Assembly: GCA_047495785.1 (NCBI GenBank)
Contig: JBLDXI010000013.1
Location: forward strand, 1,426,001-1,490,000
DNA from: Lepidodermella squamata
Taxonomy: Eukaryota > Animalia > Gastrotricha
Length of the DNA: 64,000 bases
Direction of reading: 5' to 3'
Part shown: piece by piece, positions 1 through 14,295 of the stretch
Numbering within the stretch: position 1 is the stretch's first letter
Layout: every line of letters starts with the position of its first letter
Notes under the pieces: model-generated
Database searches by the model: none
The model's input: only the letters and a program-made list of their open reading frames with translations
Told to the model about the DNA's origin: nothing
Program-made: the position numbers and the translations under genes

Positions 1-29
1 TTCAATTGTCTCATTTTTTTCCGTTTCAG

Positions 30-3000
30 CTGAAGTGGATCCGGTGGCGTTAGCTCACGTTGTGCGGTCCGTCAAGTCCAAGTCTGTATCCCCAAGCTCC
101 TCTGCTTACTCCTCGCTATCGTCCGGTGTCGATTTCAACCCCGCTTCATCGTCGTCTCTGCTTTGTTGTTCAACCTCGCCGCCTACAACGGCATCAGCTA
201 ATTGTGATAGTAGCAAGCCCGTAGTCTCAAAAAACGAACCGGTAAAAAACGTTGGTCCTTACTTGCTGCGAATCGACGCCGAAGAAACGGCGAATTCTTC
301 CAACCCGTCTTGGGTCAAGGCTCCCCTGCTCTCGGCAGGTGAGCTCGACACAACTGTGGCTGGGTTCAGCGAAGAAACTCTAGCGAAAACTTTGGAACTT
401 TTTGGTACGTTTCGAATTACATTTTAAATAATAGTTATCACACGCTTCATTAACATTATTTATTTTTTTTCGAGAAAAAACTCGACGCTCGAGGGTCGCT
501 CTATTTAATATTCAATGCGTCCTTTAAGCGTTTATTTGTTTTGCATGTAATAATTAATGCCCAGCCCGCGATTTGATGGCGAGTCAATTATTTCTGCTGC
601 GGGCTGGTGGTGAAAAGATGTTTTGCCACCACCTCGCCCGAAATTAGCATGAGAAAACCACCCCCTAGTGTGTGTTTATGTTATTTTAGCAGGTAGGCAA
701 GCCAGTTATATCTTATCGACGAACTCGTGAAAGACGCTAAAGCTGCCCAGGCAAAATCGGCCATAAAAGCGGATTGTTTATGGTTCAAGTAGGCTTCTTA
801 GATAGTAGTACCCGTATTAATCGCGAAAATAGCGTTTTTGTTATCTGTAGTGCTCAAGTCAATGAGGTGCACAATCCGTTTCCGTCGCGAATTAATCGTA
901 TACATGTTTATGTCTTATATGACCCATAAACAAGGTATATTATTCAAAATGAGGGACTGGATGATATAGTTCACTAGATTTTTCTCTGCACTATTTTGCG
1001 TTTAACTTCAATAAAAATTGGGGAGCGCACTAGATATTTATCTTAAGACCCGCTACTATTTGTCGCGCTAATTTTGCTGTCCAGCAATAGCACGCAACGT
1101 TGTTTATCCTCTTGAAAGTGTAATTAGGTGGTCCTTTTAGGTTTTTTCTGCTGCACCCTTCTGTCGTCAATAAGGTATAAAGGGAACCATCGCCAGGTAG
1201 AAGTTTTGTGTTATTTATTTATGAGATGCGGCCTTGCTTGAAATCGTTCATGCGCGAACTATGTGTAATTAATCAGCCGCGATGGAGTTCTTTTTATACA
1301 CTGCTATCAAGTTGAGTGAGGTATATGAATGCCAGCAATCTGTTTGTGTAAACAATTGGTGTCTCATCAGAGTGATGGACTCAACCGGCGTGCAGAAAGC
1401 TAAAAACACGAGGGTGCGATCGCGTCTTCTATTTAGAAGATTTGCTTGCGACAAACTTTTCATCATTATCACCGTTTTAACACCCAACGTTATATCGTAT
1501 TCGTAGCTCGTCAGGGGTTGCCGCCTGCAACAGCTTCTGTATTGAAGAAAAAAGGTTTGTAGCTTGTGCCGTTTAGATTGCGTATCTTTGTTATACGTGT
1601 TTTATTATCGGTATCTCTTCATTATTATTATTATTATTATTATCATTATTACACCGTATTATATAATATTGCTGTTATTCATGCTTTGTTTATTTTTTAC
1701 GTGATCTCTCACTATATACCATTATTCGCCTCATCACTCGTTTTTTTCTGCATTTCTATTAAGGCTCTCACTTACCTCCACAGTCATTTATACAATTGTC
1801 TTCACCGTTTTTTTCCTGTAGCAATTTGGTTCCTAATTTTTGTTCCATTTTAAGTGACTCGTTGTTAACGTTGTTTTTGATGGTTATAAGCGACCTCTGT
1901 TGACACGTGCTCCACGTCGTAACATCTTGCAACACCTTGTATTCACTTTGGCTCCAGAATCTAAAGCGCATTATCTGAATTTGTATTGTGTAGTCAATTT
2001 CTAGGCTTATTCACACCTGTATAACCTGTCAAATTTATAGAAAAAACGGTTTCGTTTATTGTTCTAGGCATAACAAAGAAACTCGATAGTCTCGTTTTAT
2101 CGTTAAATGCTGCCGCATAAACAACCGTAGGCCAGGTGGGCAATGACGTTAAATTTGTTTCACCAGTTTCGATCGTGTATCTCGTTAAGTTGCGCTCTTG
2201 AACTATTAACCACCGCGTCATCGCATGTACTTGTGATGGTGCGTCGCATAAAAAACGATGCGCTCCCGAAACAATGCGATTTTTATAATGATCGCAGCCT
2301 TGTTTTTAATAACGCATTGAATCCAGATTATAATCTAGCTTGGTTTTTGCTCACAGCGCTCAGCTTGATCGATTTCTATTACCCGTCAGTTTTTTCTCAT
2401 TCGCCAATATCTGCGCCGAAAAGCCTACAGCACTGGCGTACTAAGAGTTAGCCGACCAAAAAAGTTACCCCAACTACTGCTGCTGCTAGCCTCTCAAATA
2501 GCGGCCTGTGTACTTAGTAATAAAATCGATCCGCCTTAATTTTATTATCTCTTCTGCATAAATCAGCTAGCGCTTGACCAGTGTCTAATAAGGAATAAGC
2601 TCCGTTAGCTGTATTTATCTGGTCAGTGCCAAATGGGTCGATAAAAAGAGACATCTCTTTGTTATTTTTACTCACCCTGTCAAGCGGGTAAATTTAGCGT
2701 AGCCTAATCTTTGAATTAGAGTTTACTCGTCAAAAACGCGTCTCTGCTAAATCGACCTCCTGTGAGCCGTTGTTGTCTGCGCGCGCGCTCGCCATGGGTT
2801 TTGTTTATTTTCTTGGCCTCTGAAAAATGCAACTTCATTGAAATGGCACGTCTCAGCTGGCGCTGAATGGCTGGCGCGGCAAAAACGCACAGCAGGTATG
2901 TATTTGCTGAGCGGCGTCGGATTTGTGAAAAGGCGACCCGCGCGCCCGGCCGCAACCTGTTTTCGAATTTTCGGCCTCTGTCATTGAAAACGTGCCCGGC

Positions 3001-6000
3001 CTGTCTTTGCCTTATCTCATCAAACGATTATTTTGAAGCGCTACCTAGTAAATAGCCGGCTCTCTCTCGAGACACGAGTGGCCTCTTAGCCGCAGACCGG
3101 TAAAGATCTGGCTACTTAATTTGATTTTCGGCGTCACTTGGCTGGGCCGGGTGTTAGGTGCGGAAAATGCACTGAATCGCGCATCATCGGTCAAGTTGAC
3201 CGCGCATCCCTATTTTTAATAATTGCATAGTAAGTAATAGCCACTATGCTGGCGACTAGTTTACACAAACGTGCTGCGAAATGGATAATAAACTCGGAAG
3301 ACGCACGCGCGATAAATGTGTACCAGGTGCTAGCGATATGCAGAGAGATGTGCATACCGCTGGCCTTCCTGTTTACTATTTGTTTGGCGAGTGGAGAGAG
3401 CTATCATCATCGCCTCTCATTCTCGCCACTCCGCCGAGATTTGCTTCTTTTCCACGCCTATCTGCTATAGACTACCGGTGTGGCGCTTCATTCATCCATG
3501 CAATTAATGTAAATGTAACAAACGTAAACTCGCCCGCAGACATCGCATTATTGCGGTTTTGTTATATTCTATTAATTCGTTATTAATCGGCACTTTTACC
3601 TCGTGGCGCTTTGATTTCGATGCGCTGCTATTCAAGAGCGTGTTGTCGTCGCTCGTGCGCGAGAAAAGTAATCCGCCCCTCTCGTTAATCACCTTGAAAA
3701 AGCTCTCACACGCAAATGCGGCCAGACCTCGATTCGCCCAATTTGCAGCACTTCGCAAATTGAACGAGGCCGTGGACGCCGGCTGCCCAGGGTTTAACTG
3801 GCAGCGCCCTTTCTGTTTATATTATTGTGAGCGCGCTCGCAAAAAGGGCCCGATACCTGGCTGTTATCATAACTCCGCGCTGCATTGCTAACTAGGCAGC
3901 TGTATCAGTCGAAATCTCGACCGAAGGTTCAATATATTTTCACTTCTTCACACTTCTGTATCTTTTATACCTTCCTATTTTCTATTTATCTATGTGGCGG
4001 ACACGCAATCGTGTTTACCTGTTTTCAGCAGCAGCAGCAGCAGAAGCGCGCCTGGGTGTAAAATGATTGTTATTTATGATGAATGCTGCATGAGGTCTTT
4101 ATCTTGCCGCCGAGTTTTCGGCAGCAGTGACGCGGATTTGCGACAGCGACACGTGTCTGCGCGCGCGTTTTCTTTTCTTCCACGCGTTGCTAAATTGATC
4201 TTTATGACCTCGCCTTGAACACCGGAAAATTGCGCCACTATTTATTTTCACGTGTGGCACAGGTATATAGAGGTACCTAGTAATGATATTCGCATTTATT
4301 TACGGCCACAAGTTCCGTTGAGCGTTGCTAATATAATCGACCACAATCATAATAAATTCAGCCTAATGATGGTCAGGCGAAAATGACTCGTTTTTCGCCT
4401 ATGATCCCTTCAAATATATCTCCTATAAATAAATCTATAATGCTGTTATTGCCCATTATTACCGCGCTAACTACAACAAAAACCGACTCCTAATGCAGTA
4501 TATCTGCATTTCTTCACGCTGGCGTCGACGCCAAAATCGAAAAATAAGTCCTTGTTTTAAGTGTAAAGTAGCGACCTGTCGGTCCGTGTAGTTTTCGCCC
4601 ACTGCACAACTGTCACTTTGAAACAATACGCGTCATCGCTCTTCACTTGACTTTTATCCACCCGAGCGCGCCTATTTGCTCATGCCGGACTTTTTCGATG
4701 ATGAGCCGCAGGACGACGATGAAGAGCGCGGCTTAGAAAACAGCAGCAACAAAAAGACCGGTCAACATAAACAACAGGAGCCGATTGGCGACCATTACAA
4801 TAACATCAACAAGCGGCCGCTAATTGACGAACAGTTGTTTGAACAGATTGCAAATAAATGCTACCCGTCATCGTATACCACCGACCAGAAGCAGCACCCG
4901 TCTAATCAAGCGACGCCATTGATTTTTAGACGCTCCTCGCGTTCACGTCTCGTTGTTTTCGGCATTCTAGATCCGCGCGAAAACGAAGATAGTGGTTCAT
5001 GTAAGAAACTTAGTTGTGTTCGGTAGTAAGGAATACCCATAAAAAATTATTTCAACAGTTTTCGCGCTTCTGTTGTTTTACTATTATTTTTCTATCGTTT
5101 GCACTCAATTTAACTCAACTCGTCGGCAGCAAATCACTTTATCGTTAAAAATTAATAATAATTTCGCTTTACAAAGCTGGCGATGTAATGGCGAACGCAT
5201 TGATTTTTCTCGACTACAACGGCTAGTCAACGTATACATTTCAATTGAATGTTGGTCTACGCTATTATATTAGTGCTCCCCGGCGAGTTTCCGTCTTTCA
5301 AGTGGCTCGACTTGTTGAAATCTTGAGTTTGACAGCTCGATTATTGCCGTAGCTGCCGTGTTTGCATCGTTTTCATATACAACAAACTTCTCGTTCCCTG
5401 TTTTGTCGCAGCTTTTTCCTGAAATGTGCGCCTTCTCATCATCATCATCTTTTATTAAATAGCGCGCGCGTTTCAAGATGCGGATGACCTTTTTTGCGCA
5501 AATAAACAATAATATTATACAAGCAGATTTTACTCGCTTAGAGAAATGGTGACATGAAAGCGCTTATTTCATTGCCGCCGCGCTTTGAGTCTCGTGTTAG
5601 CCTTAAACTCGACAAGTATTTTTCACCATTTTAACAACACAATGACTAAACGTAGCTATTTATTACACTAGATTATTTTTCGTCGTAATCTGTATATATG
5701 AAAACGTTTAATTTAATTACGTTACTGCGGTTTTAACCTTCTTACTTTTCGTTGTAACTGCCACTTATCGCCGTTGAGCAAATTGGTTTCACCTTAAAAC
5801 AACCGAGTTATAGCTTGGGCCATAATCACACCTTCAAGTGAAAAGTAGTTTTGTAATATTTGCATACACCCGTAATAATTTTGCTCTTGTTATTTTTCAA
5901 CTTTATATTAATATTTTTCTGTCTTGTTTTTCTTCCGCGTATAGTTTTAACGTCTCAGCGCGTGAATCAAATGACAAAAGTTTACTATGATATCGACTCA

Positions 6001-8321
6001 GCAACACTACTACTTGAAGAGGTTTGTCACGTCCTAATTCCTGTTTTCTGTTATTAAATATTGTTTTAAAAATAGCGTGAGCGAGATTTGGAACTGGCAG
6101 CTCGAATCGGCCAGTCATTACTCGAGCGGAATAACGAGTTGAATGCGCGAAACGACGCGTTGGAGCAGCGGTTAAGCGCGCTAAACGACATCGTTGCTCA
6201 ACTTCACCACAAGCTAGAGCTGAAAAACGACCTTCTCGCGTTCTACACTCAAGCGCTCGATTCCGCCGAAAATGAAGACCAACAAAACGGCGACGATTCG
6301 CCCTTCGCCTCTTCCAATCGCTACCATTCATCGCCGAAATCGCCCTCGTTTATCCGACCGCCCGACGCGTATCGAGAACGAAGTTCTTCGTGCAGCGTCT
6401 CCGTCCAGTGTGATTCACCTCAAAACGACCCCGAAAACGGCCTGCTTCAAACCTGCTTAAAGCAGCTAAGTTATTTATCCGATGAAGTTGAGCGGCTAAC
6501 GACGGAGGTTACGACAAAAACAACCGAGGTGCTGCGCCAACAATCAGAAATTGAGTTGTTAACAGATCAAATCGAGAATCTTCAAACTAAACTCATTCAT
6601 TCGGACGACGAGAACGCCCGCATGGGCGAACGCCTCGAAGAAGCGAAAGATGCTCAATCTCTACTCGCTAACGAGGTAATTGAAATTTGCTTGTAATTTA
6701 AGAATTTTAGCTTCAGTAATTAAATTTGAAATTAAATTTTTTAAAATTTTAAAATTTTAAGATTTGAAAATTCTAAAATGAAAGTTTAAATTCATCCTTT
6801 TTGAAATCTAGCTTGAAATTGAGAAATTCTGTTAATATCGATTTTTTTATTAAGGTGGGTGGTTTGAAAAGCCGGTACGATGAATGCCTCGACTTGCTTC
6901 GGGAAGCGCAACAAGAAATTCGAGCGCTTAAGAAGCGGCAGAGAAGTTGCCGGCCTGTCGTTCACTACTTCACTACGCCGTCTTCCGAAAACAAACCCTC
7001 GCTCGAAGTCGCGCTCGACTCTAATCAGTCAACACCGTCGAGGTCTCGCTCTGTTACAGTACCCAGTTCGTTACTCGTGGCTGCCGGTGCGTTCGAAACC
7101 CCGTCGCAGAGCTGTTCGTGCCGGTCAAACACAGTCTCAGATCGTCAACTGCGCAGAATTTCTTCCGACTGCGATTCAGATGCCGGTTACGCGGCGGACA
7201 GTGATTCAATGCTCGAGTCGCTGGTTTGCTCGCCGAACCCGGGCGGAAATTGCCCGAGTCATACTCTGTCGATCCGAACGCTATCTCCATGCCTTTCCTC
7301 CTCGCCCTCGCAATGCGGCTCGGAAACGACGCCCAAGTTTCAAAAACCTAGCCCGGGCCTGTCGAACCGAGTTCAAATCGTCAAGCCTATCGAAGGCTCG
7401 GTGACTATGCATCGGTGGCAAGCACTGGCGCACCCCACGCTCTCCTCGTCCGCCCTCGACAGCCTTCCAGGCGTTCTTCAGAAAGAGCACGACCCCATCT
7501 CAGGCGTCGTGCTGCAACGGCGAGGCGGCCGCAGCTCGGATAAACCGGTCGACGCGGCTCGCAATCTCGAGTCTTCCCTCAGCGTGATCACAAATGGCGA
7601 CTTTGCGAGCGCCTGCGAAAGCACGGCTCTCAATTTCGATGAAGATGACGACCTGCAAGAGGCAGAATTCTCTTCAAGTTCTCGGCCAACTATTTTCCTT
7701 CTGGACGATGAAGAGGAACTGGTAAGGCTACTCGAGTTCAATTTCTGACAAAATTTCTTAAAATTCTATTTTTTATAGTACGGCGATTTCGAAATTGTGG
7801 AAACTCGCCTACCAGCTGGGTCGTCTGAAGAAAACGTGACGCGAGCCGTGATCTGCCGGTCCCCCGTTTTGTTCTGCCAAGAGCCTACCGCAGCTAATCA
7901 ACCAGCTAACGACGGCAATTTCATCCGGCTGGCCGGACTTCACCGCAACAAAGGCAATCAAGGGCTGAATCTATCACCGCCAAGGAGCGCGACTTCGCCG
8001 CTTCTCGGCCGGCCGGTGATCAAAGTCGAACGGCCCACCTCGCCCGCCAAGCCGGAACAAGCGCCCGGCACGCCTGTGAAGTCCGCCTGTCCTCACGTCG
8101 CCTTCTACCACCCAGTTTCGACCGAGGGTGGGTCGTTGCTGATGGCCTCGGGCAACTATTCGTCTTCCTTCCTACCGAAATATCGTCAATTCCTGTTGAA
8201 ACACAACCTCACGCAGTCGACTACCTCGGCCGGGGCAGCCGCTGAGCACCCGAACAAGATCGACGAAGACTTGGATGAGACGTGCGGCGAGGAGAAACTA
8301 GCTGAAGCTGACGTGAATTAA
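30..8321 (+). CDS. TRAK: Trafficking kinesin-binding protein (TRAK/Milton, HAP1_N family), 5'-partial. Exons 30-404, 5945-6021, 6076-6675, 6855-7721, 7779-8321
   Basis: The spliced product reads [68 protein letters not shown], which matches the HAP1_N signature ([34 protein letters not shown]). The Milton motif VQIVKPIEGSVTMHRWQALAHP is present. All junctions are GT-AG and phase-consistent. Confidence 0.9.
4682..5000 (+). CDS. Candidate alternative first coding exon of TRAK/Milton (MPDFFDDEPQDDDEE...)
   Basis: ATG at 4682 opens a frame that ends at a T|GTAAG donor at 5001 in phase 1, the same phase as the acceptor at 5944/5945. This gives an 801-aa isoform. Confidence 0.55.
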
Positions 8322-10521
8322 AACTAGCTTCGATATCGTTGTGCTGTTCTAGTTGTTGTTGCTGCTGCTGTTCGAAAAGTTTTAGGCTTCAATAATTATT
8401 AAAATATCTAGTTTTAAACAATGATGATACGTGGCCTTTTGCGCATGTTATATTTCTGTTTCTTGAATTTTATTGAACTGAATAATCTTTATTACTATTC
8501 TGCATTCAACTCTCCATCCGCCCCATCGCCTTCAAAACGATGAATTATCTCATTTTTTTCTGTGGCATTTCAATAATGCTGTGGAGGCCGAACTTGTTTT
8601 TATACAAAGTCTTTCTTTCAAAGCAAAATAAACGTTACGGAAAATCAATTTTTGTTTGGGTTTTTGCGACATCGGCCTCGGCTTGTGATCATGAGATTCT
8701 TCTTGAGCCTCGTGCCCCTGTTTTTGCGGCACGGGTTCCATCACCATCAGTAGTTGTATGCTATGAAATTATTTACTTGGAATTCGGGTGAGATGTTGAT
8801 TTGACTATCTTTTCAACTGCGTCCTCAGAAGAAGCTGTTTGTTATGCATGCAAAACGCAAAAATGTTAGAATACTGAAATCGGTCGGTATTCGTGAGGCT
8901 TTCTTTGCTCTCTTCTGATGATAATTAGTTCATGTTGTTATCGTTTCGATGCACTTCGATCGCTGGACGAGCTTACGATGTTATGGTTACATGCTACTTA
9001 TTGTTATTACCAAGTCGGAGAAAATCGTGATGCAAGAAATAAAGCGAAAAGTTCACTGACAACACGCCGCGCTTTGTTATTTTCCCCCATTTCGTTACAG
9101 CAATTGCTTTCAATCACGGAACATGGTCACGCCATTCTAAAATTAAAATTTTACAGCTGAGCAGTGGCTGTCATCGATGAAATGATGCAGCAATAATTTG
9201 TCACACCGTCATGCGTGGTTTTACGACTACATAGGCAGCAATAATATGAAATGGCTCGCTCAACTACACCAGCATCGTCATGCTTATAGTCAGGCTGTGT
9301 ACATTACACGCATAGACAAAATATGCGTGCCTAGAACTTGCCATTTACTTGCTCGTGCATGGCATACGTAAGAAACCTGAGCTTATGAAAAAACTGTATT
9401 TTTCACCTTTTTGATAGTAAGTCAGCTGAAATAAATTATTTACATTTCAGTTCCCAATTTTCAGCGCCTCCCGTTACCTTAAGCAAGTGATGTCTCACGT
9501 CCGATGAGACCGTCTTAGTGGGGAATGGGGTGGGCCGCATAAATTTTATCCTTACCACTGCTTCTCGCAAATACCTGTTATTTAGCATCACAGAGCGATT
9601 TTTTTGCGCGATAAAATTACTCAAATGCACTACGCCTCTGTTCAGCATTATAGCATGCTCTCTTCATCCTCAAGCGGAGAGGCAAGATTCGCGCTGCTAT
9701 AGACAGCAGCTGCTGAGTATCATTCACAATCTGCGTTCTTGCCTCAGTTTTCCTATTAGCTTCGAGGTAAACGTATTTTACTCCTCGCATGAAACCGAGA
9801 CGGGCAGGAGTGGTGTGCCTGTATCATAGACGAATCTCAGCATCTGATTTATCGATGCAAAAGCCAGACGGTAGAGCAAAACGGCCGTGTTTCATTAAAG
9901 CGCAAATTTATTGCTCAGTAGTTAACCTAATCAATGCCTCGCCGATTCTGTGTATGTCAATTTAGTAGACATTTTCGCTTTCATTTTCAATCGTAGCTAA
10001 GATGAACACTAGGCGGAATTATTCAGCAGTGAAATAGGTTAAAGGTGCGGAAAGCGTGGGATCTTATAGGTTCCTGGCAAGGTGGAAAAATCATCTTTGA
10101 TAGGTATTTTTTTAATCTAAATCGTCGTTATATTACCGGATAAAAGGGCGAAGTCCCAATTTTTCGAAAATCGTTGAAATTCGTGATCCCCAGTGGAAAC
10201 TGCCTCCAGTTCTATAACGGCGGCCAAAAATATTACTTCCTTGAAGCGTGGACCACTTTTTTTCGTTTCCTGAAAAATTATGAAAAATGCACTTGACCCA
10301 TTTATTCGCTGTAGGTACCGATGAAGTGCAATAAAATAGACAAATAATGAACCGAAGCTCACCATTTACATTCACGCGTGTTATTTTGTTTGGCGGTTTG
10401 TTTCAAGTAAACGCGTGCAGCCTTGTGTGATTTTATTCTTATTATTTTTTAATAAATTATTATTTTCCGAATACAATTCCAGAGACTTAATAAGGCTACT
10501 TTTTAAATTATTCACCCAACG

Positions 10522-13399
10522 ATGTCAACTGTTGTCAAAGCTCCAAGCGCCGACGTTAAATCTTACCCGGCATTCAATGCTGTAGTAAAGAATCAACCTG
10601 GTCTATATGTCTGGCATGTTGTGGTAAGGTTCAAGCTGACAAAATTGAAAGTTTAACTATCGCGTTATTTTATTGCCTCACAGAAATTCGAGCTCGAGCA
10701 AGTGCCAGAAAATCAGCTGGGTAATTTCTACTCGGGTGATTGCTATCTAGTCCTCGCGGTATGATCGTTTTTCCCATCGCAAATTTTTTTTATATGCAAC
10801 CAATTTATAGGTCTTGGATAAGAACATGACGGACATGCGGATTCATTTTTGGATTGGCGCGCAGAGTTCGATCGACGAGGGCGCAGTTGCCGCCATGATG
10901 GCAGTCGCCCTTGACGATCACTTCGGCGGCACCCCGGTGCAGATGCGAGAGGTCCAAGGTGTCGAGAGCGCCGCTTTCATGAATTACTTTGCGCAGCGCA
11001 ATCGCCCTCTGCGGTACATGGATGGCGGTGTGGAATCTGGCCTACGCCACGCGACGAAGAGGGAATATCGCAACGCTTTGTACCAAGTCAAAGGTTCGAC
11101 GAAAGCTTGCCGTATCACCGAGGTTCCAATCACGTGGGAGTCGATGAACGAAGGAGATACGTATGTTCTCGATTTGGGCGCTGTTATTTACCTGTGGCGA
11201 GGCAAGGAATCTCGAACATCTGAAGCCCATGCCGGGGCTCAATTCGCGCACCAGCTACGGACCGAACGTGGGCCGAAAAATTGCGTAGTCCTCGTAACTG
11301 AGGATGGCAATGAAGAGAATGATTTGGTTGAAGCCTATCTTGAACTCTGGAACTCGTCTCTCCCCCTTCGCCAGAAAAAGGTCAAATCAGCCGCTGAGGG
11401 TGGTAAAGACGAGGTGGTTGTGCTCGAGCAAACGTCGCGCCTGAAGCTTTTCTGCTGCAAAGAACAGAACGGCTCGACCTCTATCAACGAGGTGAAAAGT
11501 GGCCCTCTTTTCCGCACCGATCTTGTTTCGGATGACACTTTCATCGTGGACAACGGACCTTCGGGGGTGTTCGCTTGGATTGGAAAGAAAGCCAGTGCTC
11601 AGGAGCGCCGTTTCGCTATGCACTACGCATCGGAATTCGTTAAAAATAACAAATACCCAACTTCAACTCGTGTGACTCGCGTGATCGACGGTGCGGAACC
11701 AGCTGAGTTCCGTGCGCTTTTCGCCAAGTGGCCGGTTCCGTCCGCTGGCACGCCTTATTCTTTCAATCGCATTGCAAAGCCCAGCGCGGATACGAAATTC
11801 GATGCGAAGACGCTGCATGAGAACCGGAAATTGGCCGCCGAATCGCAGATGATCGACGGCGGATCTGGTCAACGGGAGATCTATCGGATCGAGCGTAAAC
11901 AGCCGGCTGGTTACGAACTTGTCAAACAAGATAACACCATTCTATACGGTGGCGATTGCTACGCTGTTGTTTACACCACCGAGACGAAACAGACCATCAT
12001 CTACTACTGGATTGTAAATTGCTTGATTCAAAATAATTTTTACTAAATTTATTCAACATTTTTTAGGGTCGCCAATCAAGCCAAGATGAGCGCGGGGCAG
12101 CTGCGGCGTTGGTCGTTGAACTTGATAACAACAAGTACCACGGTCAGGCCGTTCAGGTTCGCATCAACCAGGGCAAGGAGCCTCGTCACTTCATGGCAAT
12201 TTTCGGTGGATTACTAACAATTTTCGATGGTGGCAAGGCTGGTTGGGCCAAGGGCGAGCAGGACAAAGTCATCGGCGATACCTACCTGCTTCAAGTCCAC
12301 TGCGAGTCGCATTTCGATCGCAAGGTCATCCAAGTTGCGTTAACGGCTGAGTCCCTCAACTCATCAGACACCTTCGTTCTGGTTCACGGAGCATCTAAAG
12401 CTTCGTATGTGTGGAGCGGTAAAGGCTCATCGGCCAGTGAGCGCGATTTGGCGATCAAAGTCGCGAAAACCTGCCTGCCAAGCGTTGAACCTCAGTCTAA
12501 CGCCGAGGGCTCGGAAACCGGCGAGTTTTGGTCAGCGATTGGAGGTCAAAAGCCGTACGCCTCGACCAAGGCTATTATCGAAGCAGCTGAGGCATTCACG
12601 CCCCGCTTGTTCCAAGTCACGAACCGCGCAGGTCAATGCTCCGTGTTCGAAGTGGCGCCATTTACTCAAGACGATCTTGTTGTTGATGACGTCATGCTAT
12701 TGGACGCAAACGACGCAATCTACGTTTGGGTTGGTAACGAGTCGAACAAGTTGGAACGAGAGTTCAGCCTTAAAGCTGCCGCGTTATAATTTTTCCCCGA
12801 GTATTCTTTCCTTTCAATTGCTTTAAATTTCGCACAGGACTATCTCAAGTCTGACCCTAAAGGACGTGATGCAAACATGGCTATTTTCGTTGTCAAACAA
12901 GGTTATGAACCGCCGTCATTTACTGGCTTTTTCACTGCCTGGGACTCGAAACTGTGGAGCGTAATTTTTCAGTCTTTACTAGTCATACGTGTTTTAGTTC
13001 TGGATTTTTGCAGAATAGCAAAACGTACGAGCAGCTGAAGGCTGAGTTTGGGAATGAAGCCAAGGATCTGAAACTGACTGCGCAGCAAATCGATGACATG
13101 AAACTATCTCTTGGTTCTGAACCAGATTTTTTCAAGGTCAATAAATATCCGTACGACAAGTTGACCGTACCCGTTGATTCCCTCCCAGCCGGAGTTGATC
13201 CTGCTCATCGTGAGGTTAGCTATAATCCGGAACATGAGGCTATTAATTTTAATGGAACTTGAAAATAATGACAATTTGTTCACAGAAATACTTGGCTGCC
13301 GACGAATTTACGCGAGTAATCGGTGTCCCTTTCGAGCAGTTCAGCGCTAAACCGGCCTGGCAACGAGCTAAGCTCAAGAAAGCCGCAAATCTCTTTTAA
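10522..13399 (+). CDS. VIL: Villin/advillin-like actin-binding protein (six gelsolin repeats plus headpiece, about 844 aa). Exons 10522-10623, 10684-10758, 10811-12013, 12067-~12783, 12838-12960, 13014-13214, 13286-13399
   Basis: Gelsolin motifs [57 protein letters not shown] and [13 protein letters not shown]-terminal headpiece [11 protein letters not shown]|KYLAADEF...[15 protein letters not shown]. One donor (~12781-12784) is non-canonical. Confidence 0.95.
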
Positions 13400-13802
13400 C
13401 TGGCACTTCACTCGATGCGATGTTGATCGCGGATAATGGCGACGAATCCCTGGACTTTTCTACATGTGCATGCCTATTTTTAATTGTAAAAACGGATTAC
13501 AAAAAAAATCCCCTTGTGCTTTGATTTTTGTGCTTGCGTACGTCGCTATAATATTGCACTGCCGAAGTGATTTGAACCAACTTCTTGTAATAATATTTAG
13601 ACCTCGATGACTGAAAGTCTGTGTTTCTAAATGTCTAGGAATATTCGAGGGTGGCTTGAAAATAAAGCGGCTTATGCTTATTCATCGAAAAATTATTTTT
13701 TATTATTTTCGAAAACACGAAAATTTGAGCGTGCGTGGTGCAGCGCGTACTATTCCACGCTTTTGATTATCATAATATTATGGGTAAAAAAATGGCTTCT
13801 TT

Positions 13803-14295
13803 TTACGTAAGCGTCACGATGAGCATAACCAATTGAGTCAAAATAACAGGAAATGCGTCGGCACCTGCTAAAGGGACACTTGACGAGGGAAGAACGCGAT
13901 GATTGCACAAGTTTTCCTGGCAGCAGTCTACAATTTGGCCGTTCCAAAATAGCGATTTGCATGACGGCAAACACCCTTGATTAACTGTCCCCCAATCGGC
14001 CGACAATGACGTCTGTAGACGGGAAGCCATAAAATAACTGTTTGTTTTTTTGACAAGTGGTTGATTGAAAAAACTTACCACGCAGAACTGATCGGCCTCG
14101 GTACACTGAACGATCACCGCTTCTCGCAACGCGCAGTAATAAGGTGGGCCCCAGCAACCGAAACAAGTGAGTGCGTCTAAAAAAAGAGCAAGCAATTGCC
14201 GAGATTGCATTTTCTTAACGTTTTTTCATACCTGCAACATTTGCTGTGATCGTGAAAATAACGAAAAGATTCGAAGATAAGTGGTCAATTCTCAT
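13803..14295 (-). CDS. Ly6/uPAR (three-finger) protein, probably GPI-anchored, about 123 aa. Exons 14295-14232, 14176-14079, 14012-13803
   Basis: Signal-like first exon MRIDHLSSNLFVIFTITANVA, then LTCFGC...CCQENLCN with the 10-Cys LU pattern and a hydrophobic C-terminal tail. GT-AG introns in phases 1 and 0. Confidence 0.85.

Noticed and set aside
1269-4218. Many short ORFs in the long TRAK intron
   Set aside because: No recognisable motifs or consistent splice phases. They look like intronic or regulatory sequence, including (TAT)n and (CAG)n tracts.
6676-6854. AT-rich TTTAAAA-type quasi-repeat
   Set aside because: Low-complexity intron with no clear TIR or TSD.
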